Assembly (NCBI GenBank): GCA_045546555.1
Contig: JAZQCY010000092.1
Coordinates: 1-55,114 of the forward strand
Source: Acutalibacteraceae bacterium
Lineage (GTDB): Bacteria > Bacillota > Clostridia > Oscillospirales > Acutalibacteraceae
Direction: 5' to 3'
Length of the DNA stretch: 55,114 nt
Below the pieces are notes generated by a model. That model saw only the letters and a program-made list of their open reading frames with translations, ran no database searches and was not told where the DNA came from. Shown one piece after another: positions 27,701-36,020 of the stretch (position 1 is the stretch's first letter; every line of letters begins with the position of its first letter). The translations under genes were made by a program, and so were the position numbers.

Positions 27701-28288
27701 TTACCTATTAAATTTATTCATTGCCTGCCCGATATCGGCCGTGACCATGGTCTTTACCGCCTCGGCGGCATTTTTCTCGGCCTCGTCGATTTTGGCTTTG
27801 TCATCCTTATTCGGCTTGCCAAGCACCCAATCGGCAAGGTCGTATTCGGGGTGGGGCTTCTGACCCATTCCGATCTTGACCCTTGGGATATTATCGGTGC
27901 CCGAAAGCTCAATTATGTCTTTGAGGCCGTTGTGGCCGCCGTGGCTTCCCGATTTTCTGATGCGAAGCCTGCCTGCATCCATGGAAACATCGTCCGATAC
28001 AACGATAACCTTGTCAAAAGGCACCTTAAAAAACCTTGCAACCTCGCAAACGGCGGCGCCCGAGTTATTCATAAAGGTCAAGGGCTTTTGGAAAAGCACC
28101 TTATGACCCTTTATCTCACCGTCGTAGATAAGCGACTGAAACTTGTTTTTCTCGGGGCCTGCACCCAATTCCTTTATAAGGATATCCACACAGCGAAAGC
28201 CTGCGTTGTGGCGGGTTTCGGAATATTTGTCACCGGGGTTTCCGAGACCTACTATTATATATTCATATTTAGGCTTTGAGAACAGCAT
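27701..28288 (-). CDS. pth: Peptidyl-tRNA hydrolase
   Basis: IIVGLGNPGDKYSETRHNAGF...TFMNNSG...VVSDDVSMDAGRLRIRKSGSHGGHNGLKDI are canonical Pth motifs. RBS GAGGAAGG. Confidence 0.93.
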   Translation of the reverse strand: MLFSKPKYEYIIVGLGNPGDKYSETRHNAGFRCVDILIKELGAGPEKNKFQSLIYDGEIKGHKVLFQKPLTFMNNSGAAVCEVARFFKVPFDKVIVVSDDVSMDAGRLRIRKSGSHGGHNGLKDIIELSGTDNIPRVKIGMGQKPHPEYDLADWVLGKPNKDDKAKIDEAEKNAAEAVKTMVTADIGQAMNKFNR

Positions 28289-29054
28289 TTTTAACCTTCC
28301 TCATTCTGATATAGATAATAAGCAGATGCACGGCAAACAGAAGCATTACTACCGCAAAAGCAAAGTAAAGTCCTGCGGTCGGGTAAGCTACCGCAGGGTC
28401 AATGGGGCATCTGCAGGGGATAACGAGGTTGAGCGCCCTGAGCCCCTTGAAAACCAAAACAAAAGCAAGTAAAAGGTTGACAACGCTTGACAGAAAGGCA
28501 GTTTTGGTGAAGGGGAGATTTTTGCGCTTTGAACGGTTCAATGAACCAAAGCTTAATCCAAGGCAAAGGAAGCCGACCGCAAGACAGGCGGCAACGGTAT
28601 CGGCACCCGAAAAAACGGTGTTGGCATACTCATTCAGCGGTTTGGGGATGATGTCGGTCACACCGTCAAGCAGCTTGGAAGCCTTCCACAAAAGCTCGTT
28701 GGTCAGCTTAAACTCGTCCAACACGGCAAACACCGCAAGCAACACAGCAACCAAGAGATACACACATTTTTTGAATTTCAAGCCGTATCCGCCGTAAAGA
28801 GCTTTTGATTTTTTGAAGCCCACGGCTTGTGCGATAAGCACGAGCAAGCTGATCGGCAAAAGCACAGCGCCTGCCAAGAAATCAAAGAACAAAAGTCCTA
28901 ACGAGGTCAACACAAAAACGGCGGCCGCAACCATGCCGAGGACACTGCGGCCAATGCCACGCACCTCATACACAACGGGCGGCAAAAACAGTCCCGGTTC
29001 ATTTGAAATATTATTTTCCTCAATAATTTCAATGCTCAAAATCGGCACCCCCAA
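28269..29054 (-). CDS. Hypothetical polytopic membrane protein
   Basis: About 6 hydrophobic helices and no named motif. The tracked start is TTG (29052-29054) and the real start is uncertain. Its 3' end overlaps the pth start by 20 nt. Confidence 0.5.
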   Translation of the reverse strand: MGVPILSIEIIEENNISNEPGLFLPPVVYEVRGIGRSVLGMVAAAVFVLTSLGLLFFDFLAGAVLLPISLLVLIAQAVGFKKSKALYGGYGLKFKKCVYLLVAVLLAVFAVLDEFKLTNELLWKASKLLDGVTDIIPKPLNEYANTVFSGADTVAACLAVGFLCLGLSFGSLNRSKRKNLPFTKTAFLSSVVNLLLAFVLVFKGLRALNLVIPCRCPIDPAVAYPTAGLYFAFAVVMLLFAVHLLIIYIRMRKVKNAVLKA

Positions 29055-29145
29055 TTAAATGGCCTTATCTAATATATTATACCTTAAAATATTGCCGCCG
29101 TCAATCAAAATCAGAAAAGACATTCCGGATCCGCCAAAATAAAAA

Positions 29146-29245
29146 TGTCATCCTGAACGAAGTGAAGGATCTTGAAAAAGATTCTTCGCAGGCCCTTCGG
29201 CGAAATTCGCCTTGGGCGACGCCGTGGCGTCGGCTCAGAATGACA
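29146..29245. repeat. 100-bp MITE-like intergenic element with imperfect terminal inverted repeats and internal hairpins
   Basis: TGTCATCCTGAACG at 29146-29159 against the reverse complement of 29232-29245 (TGTCATTCTGAGCC), 11/14 matches. Internal palindromes are GAAGGATCTT/AAGATTCTTC, GGCGAA-A-TTCGCC and GACGCC-GT-GGCGTC. Confidence 0.5.
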
Positions 29246-29266
29246 TATATGTTTATATGGTTTGAA

Positions 29267-30391
29267 TCAATTGTATCTGCACTCACGGTTTTTGGCATTG
29301 CCGAGACCTATGGTGCTTATGGTCTTATTGGCGGTGTCGATGGTAACAACCTCGCCGTTTTTGCCGCCGTTTTTAAAGGACATATACAGTCTGCCGTTTT
29401 CATCAATATATTCGATCTGTTCGTGCTCGTGACCGTTGAGATAGGCGATAAAATCGCCGCCACCGGATATAAATTCCTCAACAGCATTGCGGATCGCATC
29501 GGAATTGCTGACACCGTTGGTAGTCTTACCCGTTGCGGCCAAAGTGAAGTTGGCATCAAGCGGCACGTGAGACATTACAATTAGAGAATATTCGGTATTT
29601 ATAGCCTCTGTCTTGAACCACTCAACCTGCTCATCACTGATCTTAAAGCAGCTTGTGTACTTGGTTCCGTCATAAACGTCGTCGTCCTGGTTGAGCATTA
29701 CAACACGGATCTTGTCGTTGGGGAAGTCCATATAATAGTAGGAGCCGTTGCCGCCGGTCACCATTTTATCCCCGTTATATTCCTTCAAGGGTGCATAAAC
29801 CATGTTTATATGATCTTCGGGCATGATCTGCATTGTATGGTCAGCCCATTTTTGGCACCACATAATGTTGGTGTCGTGGTTACCGACCGTCATAAACACG
29901 GGGCACTTGGCACGGGTGGTAAAGCGGCTGACAATGTCGCTCATGCAGGCACGCATATTGGCATCGTTGTCGATCTCATCCTGCGAATAACCACGGATAA
30001 GGTCACCGAGGTTTGCGATGAAATCAAGCTCAACAAAGTTGGACAAAGCGGCGGCATTTTTACCAACCTCGGCAATGTTGAGGTCGTAATGGTGAGTATC
30101 AGTCTCAACAAGGAAGGAGAACTTGCCGTGTACGGCGGTCTGAACCTCGGTCAGCTTGTCGGACCATTTGCCGAGATGCTGTGTCATGGCGATCTGATCG
30201 TCGGTCAGACGGCTTACGGTATCCTTTGAAGATGTATCGCTTTCGGTCGAAGCAACAGTAGAGTTGTTGCCGGCGGCGGTCGAAGCGTCGGACGAGGTGC
30301 CGTTGGACGAGTCACCGCATCCGCAGGCGAAAATAAGGCACAGAGCAAGAACTACTGCAATGATGCTTTTTACAGATTTCAAAAAGTTCAT
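29267..30391 (-). CDS. Metallophosphoesterase-family lipoprotein
   Basis: MNFLKSVKSIIAVVLALCLIFACGC (lipobox), then an S/T/D-rich linker. Calcineurin-like motifs are present: ETDTHH..., NLGDLIRG, GNHD, and GHEH near the C-terminus. Confidence 0.8.
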   Translation of the reverse strand: MNFLKSVKSIIAVVLALCLIFACGCGDSSNGTSSDASTAAGNNSTVASTESDTSSKDTVSRLTDDQIAMTQHLGKWSDKLTEVQTAVHGKFSFLVETDTHHYDLNIAEVGKNAAALSNFVELDFIANLGDLIRGYSQDEIDNDANMRACMSDIVSRFTTRAKCPVFMTVGNHDTNIMWCQKWADHTMQIMPEDHINMVYAPLKEYNGDKMVTGGNGSYYYMDFPNDKIRVVMLNQDDDVYDGTKYTSCFKISDEQVEWFKTEAINTEYSLIVMSHVPLDANFTLAATGKTTNGVSNSDAIRNAVEEFISGGGDFIAYLNGHEHEQIEYIDENGRLYMSFKNGGKNGEVVTIDTANKTISTIGLGNAKNRECRYN

Positions 30392-30525
30392 ACTAAAACC
30401 TCCGTATAAAAATACATAAATATTTTATCGCAAATAAACACAATTGTCAATGCAGAATGGTGTACTGAAATTATAATATTGTATAAACTCAAATCTGCCA
30501 AAGGTTTAAAATTCAAAATCTAATC

Positions 30526-30554
30526 TTGACATTTTGAGGTTACGGTAGTATTAT
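30526..30554 (+). promoter_or_regulatory. Sigma-A type promoter of the thrS leader
   Basis: TTGACA (30526-30531), a 17-nt spacer, then TATTAT (30549-30554). Confidence 0.55.
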
Positions 30555-30561
30555 ATATTGT

Positions 30562-30792
30562 AACAAAGCGTTGATGGGAAGAGTAACCGAGAAAGATATC
30601 CTTAAAGAGAGCACGGTCACCGGCTGAAAGCCGTGCGGAAAAGCTTTTCGGTGAAGACCACCCCTGAGTGCAGTCGGTAAAAAAGACTGACGTCTGACCT
30701 GCGTTATAGGTTTAAAGAGTGATAAATCAAGGTGGAACCGAGCTGATACAGCGCCCTTGGTGTGTTTTGCACACCAAAGGCGTTTTTGTTTT
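30562..30792 (+). promoter_or_regulatory. T-box riboswitch leader, threonine specifier (ACC)
   Basis: Stem I has AGAGA (30606-30610). The specifier context is GAAG-ACC-A, with ACC at 30657-30659. The T-box sequence AAGGTGGAACCGAG is at 30729-30742. The terminator has a 13-bp stem (30752-30782) plus TTTTTGTTTT. Confidence 0.85.
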
Positions 30793-30796
30793 CATT

Positions 30797-30959
30797 GTAG
30801 GGAATGGATTTATCCATTCCGTATAAATCGTTTGTAAGGCATAAATGCCTTCCTTACAAAACGGATCAAAGATTTTACAGCCTTCCCTTGTGAGGGAAGG
30901 TGGCATTGCGAAGCAATGACGGATGAGTAGTCCGTGGGCGATTTGTGAATCGCCCCTAC
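30797..30959. repeat. Cluster of GTAG-headed GC-rich hairpin modules (REP/BIME-like)
   Basis: GTAGGGAATGGATTTATCCATTCC (30797-30820; identical 24-mer at 36769-36792). GTAAGGCATAAATGCCTTCCTTAC (30834-30857). CCTTCCCT-TGTG-AGGGAAGG (30881-30900). CATTGC-GAA-GCAATG (30904-30918). GTAG...GGGCGATT-TGTG-AATCGCCC-CTAC (30927-30959). Confidence 0.6.
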
Positions 30960-30998
30960 GTCAAAAATATAGTAACCAACCGAAAAGGAGTAATAAAA

Positions 30999-32801
30999 AT
31001 GAAGGTAATCTACAATAACGGAACTGTTGATCAGTGCCCCGAAGCAGAGGAGCTTGAGGTTCTTCGCCACTCGGCGGCACACATTATGGCTCAGGCAGTC
31101 AAACGTCTGTACCCCCAGGCAAAGTTTGCCTACGGCCCCGCAACCGAAAAGGGCTTTTACTATGACGTTGACCTTGGCGATGTAAAGCTGGTCGATAGTG
31201 ACCTTGCCGCAATCGAGGCCGAAATGAAGAAGATCACAAAGGAAAATCTTCCCATCAAGCCCGAGGTTTTGCCCCGTGATGAGGCTATCAAGCTGATGGA
31301 GTCTGAGGGTGAGGTCTATAAGGTCGAGCATATCGCCGACCTTGCTGACAACGAGCCTATCAGCTTCTACCGTCAGGGCGAGTATATTGATATGTGCCGT
31401 GGACCGCACATCACCTACACCAAGGCGCTCAAGGCCTTTAAGCTGACCTCGATTTCGGGCGCATATTGGAAGAACGATTCCAACAATAAGATGCTTACCC
31501 GTATCTACGGTACCGCTTTTGCCACCCAGCCTGAGCTTGACGAGTACCTCAAGGCGGTTGAGGAAGCCAAGCTGCGTGACCACAACAAGATCGGCCGTGA
31601 GCTCGAGTATTTCACCACCGTTGAATCGATCGGTCAGGGTCTGCCTATAATGCTTCCCAAGGGCGCACGCACCATTCAGCTTTTACAGCGTTTTGTTGAG
31701 GACGAGGAGCAAAGAAGAGGCTACCTGCTTACCAAAACTCCGCTTATGGCCAAGCGTGACCTTTACAGAATTTCCGGCCACTGGGATCACTACTTGGATG
31801 GTATGTTTGTCCTTGGCGACCCCAACGACGAGGAAAAGGAGTGCTTTGCGCTTCGCCCCATGACCTGTCCGTTCCAGTATCAGGTCTTCCTTAACAAGAT
31901 GCGCTCCTACCGTGACCTGCCCATGCGTCTCGGTGAGACCTCGACCCTTTTCAGAAATGAGGATTCGGGCGAGATGCACGGTCTTATCCGTGTCCGTCAG
32001 TTCACCATTTCCGAGGGTCACCTTATCCTGCGCCCCGAACAGCTGGAGGACGAGTTCAGAGGTTGTTTGGAACTCGCCAACTATATGCTGAAGGCCGTCG
32101 GCCTTGACGAGGACGTTTCCTACCGCTTCTCGCAGTGGGATCCCGAGCGTAAGGACAAGTATGAGGGTACCCCCGAGCAGTGGGATGAGGCACAGAGCCT
32201 CATGGGCAAAATCCTTGATAACCTTGGACTCAAGTATTCCATCGGTATCGACGAGGCCGCCTTCTACGGACCCAAGCTTGACATTCAGATCAAGAACGTC
32301 CACGGCAAGGAGGACACCCTTATCACCATTCAGATCGACATGCTGCTTGCCAAGAAGTTCGGTATGGAATACGTTGATGTTGACGGTGAAAAGAGAACGC
32401 CTTATATCATCCACAGAACCTCTTTGGGCTGTTACGAGAGAACCCTTGCTCTGTTGCTTGAAAAGTTTGCAGGTGCAATGCCTATGTGGCTTGCTCCCGA
32501 GCAGGTCAGAGTTATCCCCATTTCGGAAAGACTGCGTGACGAGGCCATGGCCGTTACCGACAGCCTCAAGGCCGCAGGCATCAAGGTCACCTGCGACGAC
32601 CGTAATGAGAAAATGGGCTACCGCATCCGTGAGGCCCAGCTTGAAAAGATTCCTTATATGCTGATCGTCGGCGACAAGGAAGTCGAAACCAATACCGTTT
32701 CGGTCAGAAAGCGTGGCGGTGTTGACCTCGGTTCCATGACACTGGATGAGTTTATCGCCAAGGCCAAGGAAGAGATCGAGACCTTGCATATCGATAAATA
32801 A
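30999..32801 (+). CDS. thrS: Threonine--tRNA ligase (short N-terminus, no full TGS domain)
   Basis: ATG at 30999, 8 nt after AAAGGAG (MKVIYNNGTVDQ...). Editing-domain motifs are LRHSAAHIMAQA and HxxxH...CRGPH. The class II core has FRNEDSGEMHGLIRVRQFT, GPKLD and the anticodon-binding domain. The tracked ORF start at 30945 reads through the repeat. Confidence 0.93.
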   Translation: MKVIYNNGTVDQCPEAEELEVLRHSAAHIMAQAVKRLYPQAKFAYGPATEKGFYYDVDLGDVKLVDSDLAAIEAEMKKITKENLPIKPEVLPRDEAIKLMESEGEVYKVEHIADLADNEPISFYRQGEYIDMCRGPHITYTKALKAFKLTSISGAYWKNDSNNKMLTRIYGTAFATQPELDEYLKAVEEAKLRDHNKIGRELEYFTTVESIGQGLPIMLPKGARTIQLLQRFVEDEEQRRGYLLTKTPLMAKRDLYRISGHWDHYLDGMFVLGDPNDEEKECFALRPMTCPFQYQVFLNKMRSYRDLPMRLGETSTLFRNEDSGEMHGLIRVRQFTISEGHLILRPEQLEDEFRGCLELANYMLKAVGLDEDVSYRFSQWDPERKDKYEGTPEQWDEAQSLMGKILDNLGLKYSIGIDEAAFYGPKLDIQIKNVHGKEDTLITIQIDMLLAKKFGMEYVDVDGEKRTPYIIHRTSLGCYERTLALLLEKFAGAMPMWLAPEQVRVIPISERLRDEAMAVTDSLKAAGIKVTCDDRNEKMGYRIREAQLEKIPYMLIVGDKEVETNTVSVRKRGGVDLGSMTLDEFIAKAKEEIETLHIDK

Positions 32802-32810
32802 GCCTTAACA

Positions 32811-32846
32811 AAAAGCCTTTTCCGTTTGAACGGAAAAGGCTTTTTT
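32811..32846. terminator. Bidirectional rho-independent terminator
   Basis: 14-bp stem AAAAGCCTTTTCCG/CGGAAAAGGCTTTT with T-runs on both strands, between convergent thrS and the phosphoesterase gene. Confidence 0.78.
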
Positions 32847-32854
32847 CTGTATAT

Positions 32855-34066
32855 TCAGTTTATTGCACGGTCATCGCCCGAGCCGATTCGGGTCAGCTTG
32901 ACCTTCCCATCGGGCAGGACGGTGACAATGTCAAAGCATTGCTCGGTCACGGTGCCGTCAAGCATCCAACGGTTTTCATCGGATTTAAAGCAACGGTAGG
33001 CATCGGTCTGCGTGACGTTGACGACAAGTCCCGACGGTGAAAGCGGTTGACCCTCATACGGGGTGGAAACGAACCTTCCTTCGGCATTGTAATCGGCCAT
33101 TTCCTGCTTGTCACGGTGGCGGTCGGCCGAAAGGAGAACCACGTTGCCCGAGCCCTTGGCTTCGGAGAGGTCATATTCGTGCTCGCCTGCGGCATAATAC
33201 CGTGTGACCAGCTCGTTGTCGGAAAAGACGTTTTTGACCGTCACCTTTGAGCGTGTTCGGTAGGCCGAAACGATCTTGAACATCTCAAGCATATAGTTTT
33301 CCAAACGTTCAAGACCGTTTTGAATAAGTCGGTGCGCATGGATGGCAACATCATAGCCCTCGGGAACCGACATGAGTGTTTCGTAAAGCCAATCGTATTG
33401 CAAAATCAGCTCCGGTGATACCGAAACACCGAAATACTTGAACACGGTGTTGCCGATTCTCGGACAGCCTGTGTTGAGAATGATGTGGCGCAGCTTTTGG
33501 TTGTTATCATCTATATAATAATGAAGTCTTGAGTGCGCCAAAAGTTCCTGAAACTCGTCCTCGGTGCAACCGAATTGGGTGATTTTTTCGGAAATGTCCT
33601 CAAAAACAGCACCTTTAACATAGGGCATCAGAGCTTTTTCAAGCTCACGTTGAGAAACCGTCCGAACGTCAAAATCATCGGTCGGCTTGGGGTTGTTAAG
33701 GTCGTGATTGCCCGGCACGACTATCATGCCGTCACCGCACGGCTCACTCATTATATCAATATAATCACGGATGTTCTGAACGGCTATCTCCTTTGTTTTG
33801 TCAAAGTTGATATAATCGCCGCCCAAAACCACCTTGTCAATGCCCGTTACCGCACGGATATAGCCAATAATGGCAGGGGAGTGCATACGGTTGGTGTTTT
33901 CATTTGCGGCACCTCGATGAGGGTCGGCAAGGAAAATGAAGCTTTTGCCCTTGGGGATCGATCTTATCTTGGCATCAAGATAGGGCAGCTTGCCTTCGGG
34001 GGTGTCAATGGGAGCAAACCAATATTTGGGGATAAGTCGCTTAAAATGCTCTGCTGTTACACTCAT
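32855..34066 (-). CDS. Metallophosphoesterase family protein
   Basis: 403 aa. FIFLADPHRG, VVLGGDYINFD, VVPGNHDLN and AIHAH motifs in canonical order. No signal peptide. Confidence 0.75.
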   Translation of the reverse strand: MSVTAEHFKRLIPKYWFAPIDTPEGKLPYLDAKIRSIPKGKSFIFLADPHRGAANENTNRMHSPAIIGYIRAVTGIDKVVLGGDYINFDKTKEIAVQNIRDYIDIMSEPCGDGMIVVPGNHDLNNPKPTDDFDVRTVSQRELEKALMPYVKGAVFEDISEKITQFGCTEDEFQELLAHSRLHYYIDDNNQKLRHIILNTGCPRIGNTVFKYFGVSVSPELILQYDWLYETLMSVPEGYDVAIHAHRLIQNGLERLENYMLEMFKIVSAYRTRSKVTVKNVFSDNELVTRYYAAGEHEYDLSEAKGSGNVVLLSADRHRDKQEMADYNAEGRFVSTPYEGQPLSPSGLVVNVTQTDAYRCFKSDENRWMLDGTVTEQCFDIVTVLPDGKVKLTRIGSGDDRAIN

Positions 34067-34070
34067 AATA

Positions 34071-35156
34071 TCAGCCCTTTTTAATTGTATTGGTTTCCAA
34101 AACCTTGCCGTTGGAGTCGGTGAACTGTACCGTTATCTCATTTTCACCAAATATGTAGCCACAGCCTGCAAAATAGTTTTCACCGCAGATTGAACCGACA
34201 ACAACGGTACAAGGTTGACCGTAGTGGTCGGTTTCACAACCGATTTGTCGAACGTTCAACTCGTGAATATGACCGCAAATCATAACGTGGGGCTTGACGT
34301 GCTCTTTGAGCAAAGCACACCACTCGGTATAAACATCACCCTCAATGTCAAACGGAGGCGTGAGTTTTTGGGAAAATGGGTTATGCGCCACAACAACACG
34401 GGTCTTGACACCCTCGGCATTATAGGTCCTGTTAGCATTGTCGATAAGCTGTTTTAACAAAGCCGTCTGACGGCGGCGGAATGCCTTACAGTAAACGGTG
34501 TAGCCGTACTCGGGACCAAAATCGTCCTTGTCCTCGCCGCAGTCAAGCAATAATCCCCAAATCGAGCCCAAACGGAAGGTGTAATAGGTCTTGCCTTGGA
34601 AATTGGGGGTGTACTCGGCGAATTTTTCGGCATAGTTTCCTCGCATATCGTGGTTGCCTCTCGAAAATACCGAGGGACATTCACCACAGGTTATGCCCGA
34701 GCAAATTTCATAAATGTTTTTAAACTTTTCGGGGTTGCCCGAATGGTCGATAACGTCACCGTTCAAAATAAGGAAATCAATATCCCCAAAAACCTTGGCC
34801 GCCTTGATAGGGGTTTCAATACGGTTGTGCGCATCCGAAATATGATATGCACGGGCGTTTTTCTCGGGTACCGGGCGGAATTTATAGGTAAACTCCTGCT
34901 CGGGCTCGGTGGTGGTGAAATACGGCTTTCTTTCGATAAGCGGACGCACACAAACGGTGTACTCCTTGGCCTCGTCCAAGGCCTTCATCGGAACAATGCA
35001 ACGGTGCAGATCGTTCAAAGAACGCATAATACCGTTGGACTCGTCGTAGTAGTATTCGTCGCCTACCTTGACACGGAAGACCGAGGGCTTTTCGACCTCG
35101 ACCATGATCTGATAATCCTTTTCCACGGCAAAGACCGCAGGTGCTGTTTTAAGCAT
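34071..35156 (-). CDS. Metallophosphoesterase (purple-acid-phosphatase-like, N-terminal beta-sandwich)
   Basis: I prefer the ATG at 35154-35156 (MLKTAPAVF), 7 nt after AAGGAGG; the tracked start is 35174. Motifs: YHISDAHN, LNGDVIDH, SRGNHDMRG, VVAHNP and ICGHIHE. Confidence 0.75.
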   Translation of the reverse strand: MLKTAPAVFAVEKDYQIMVEVEKPSVFRVKVGDEYYYDESNGIMRSLNDLHRCIVPMKALDEAKEYTVCVRPLIERKPYFTTTEPEQEFTYKFRPVPEKNARAYHISDAHNRIETPIKAAKVFGDIDFLILNGDVIDHSGNPEKFKNIYEICSGITCGECPSVFSRGNHDMRGNYAEKFAEYTPNFQGKTYYTFRLGSIWGLLLDCGEDKDDFGPEYGYTVYCKAFRRRQTALLKQLIDNANRTYNAEGVKTRVVVAHNPFSQKLTPPFDIEGDVYTEWCALLKEHVKPHVMICGHIHELNVRQIGCETDHYGQPCTVVVGSICGENYFAGCGYIFGENEITVQFTDSNGKVLETNTIKKG

Positions 35157-35628
35157 TTTTGTTTCCTCCTTCAAGTCGGTTCAAAAGGGCTTGGCACCCT
35201 TCAAAAATATCATTGTAGCAGGTGGTGAAATCACGGCTGTACCACGGGTCGGAAACGTCGCCCGATCGCCCTGCAAACTCCAACAGCTTGTGCACCTTGC
35301 TTTCGGGGTCAGAGCCGATTATGCGAAAAAGATTACGCACGTTGTTGGAATCCATCACGATAAGCAGATCGTATTCATCATAATCGGCACGTGTTACCTG
35401 AACGGCAGTTTTACCCGAACAGTCGATGCCGTGCTTTTTAAGCTCATCACGTGCAGGCGGATACACGGGGTTGCCGACGTCACCCCATATCTCCTCGGTA
35501 CTGGTTGCCGAGGATTGGATAAGGTATTTGTCCTTAAGACCTTTCTTCTTGACGAGGTCTTTAAATACAAACTCGGCCATCGGACTCCGACAGATATTGC
35601 CATGGCAGATGAACATAATTTTTGTCAT
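35149..35628 (-). CDS. Low-molecular-weight protein-tyrosine phosphatase
   Basis: Start at the ATG at 35626-35628 (MTKIMFICHGNICRSPMAE, the CX5R(S) P-loop). The Asp loop is SDPWY. The 27 upstream codons of the tracked ORF are a read-through of a hairpin repeat. Confidence 0.87.
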   Translation of the reverse strand: MTKIMFICHGNICRSPMAEFVFKDLVKKKGLKDKYLIQSSATSTEEIWGDVGNPVYPPARDELKKHGIDCSGKTAVQVTRADYDEYDLLIVMDSNNVRNLFRIIGSDPESKVHKLLEFAGRSGDVSDPWYSRDFTTCYNDIFEGCQALLNRLEGGNKNA

Positions 35629-35648
35629 ACTTTTCGCCTTTCCGTATC

Positions 35649-35696
35649 GTAGGGGCGAACTGTGTTCGCCTGCGGGCGTTCGCAGAACGCCCCTAC
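35649..35696. repeat. GTAG...CTAC-bounded double hairpin (REPIN-like doublet)
   Basis: GTAG-GGGCGAAC-TGT-GTTCGCC-TGC-GGGCGTTC-GCA-GAACGCCC-CTAC. Two adjacent 7-8 bp GC-rich stems lie between GTAG and CTAC, in the 77-nt gap between azlD and the phosphatase gene. Confidence 0.6.
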
Positions 35697-35705
35697 ATTG
35701 ATATG

Positions 35706-36020
35706 TCACAACAAATACTTTATCGCAAGCTCAACCACCACGACGGCGGCGCAGGAGGACAGGGCTACAACAAACAGATTGCCGCTTATCCATGCGGTGA
35801 CAAGGCCAACGGCGAAGGCCGCCAACCCCGACCACACGCTTCCTGTAGCCTCAATAACGGCAGGGAAGGTCATTACCGCCAGGGTGACATACGGTACATA
35901 GTAAAGGAATGACCGTATAAATCGGCTCTTTATGGGCTTTCGGATGAGGGTCAACGGCAAAACACGGATGGCATAGGTCACAACGAATGCCACAAGTATG
36001 TAGATGATTGCTTTAGTCAT
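35706..36020 (-). CDS. azlD: Branched-chain amino acid transport protein AzlD
   Basis: Start at the ATG at 36018-36020 (MTKAIIYILVAFVVTYAIRVLPL), 9 nt after GGAGG. About 104 aa with 3-4 TM helices. It overlaps the azlC stop by 8 nt. Confidence 0.8.
   Translation of the reverse strand: MTKAIIYILVAFVVTYAIRVLPLTLIRKPIKSRFIRSFLYYVPYVTLAVMTFPAVIEATGSVWSGLAAFAVGLVTAWISGNLFVVALSSCAAVVVVELAIKYLL

Noticed and set aside
29101-29298. 65-aa minus-strand ORF between the membrane protein and the phosphoesterase gene
   Set aside because: It is a read-through of the MITE-like element and overlaps the 3' end of the phosphoesterase gene. It has no RBS.
30797-30959. Possible CRISPR array, because several short palindromic units are clustered
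   Set aside because: The units differ in sequence and length and are irregularly spaced, there are no unique spacers of uniform size, and no cas genes are present. A REP/BIME-like interpretation fits better.
30810-32789. Two long minus-strand ORFs (257 aa and 368 aa) opposite thrS
   Set aside because: Both are antisense shadows of thrS. The first begins inside the hairpin repeat cluster. Neither has an RBS or recognisable motifs.
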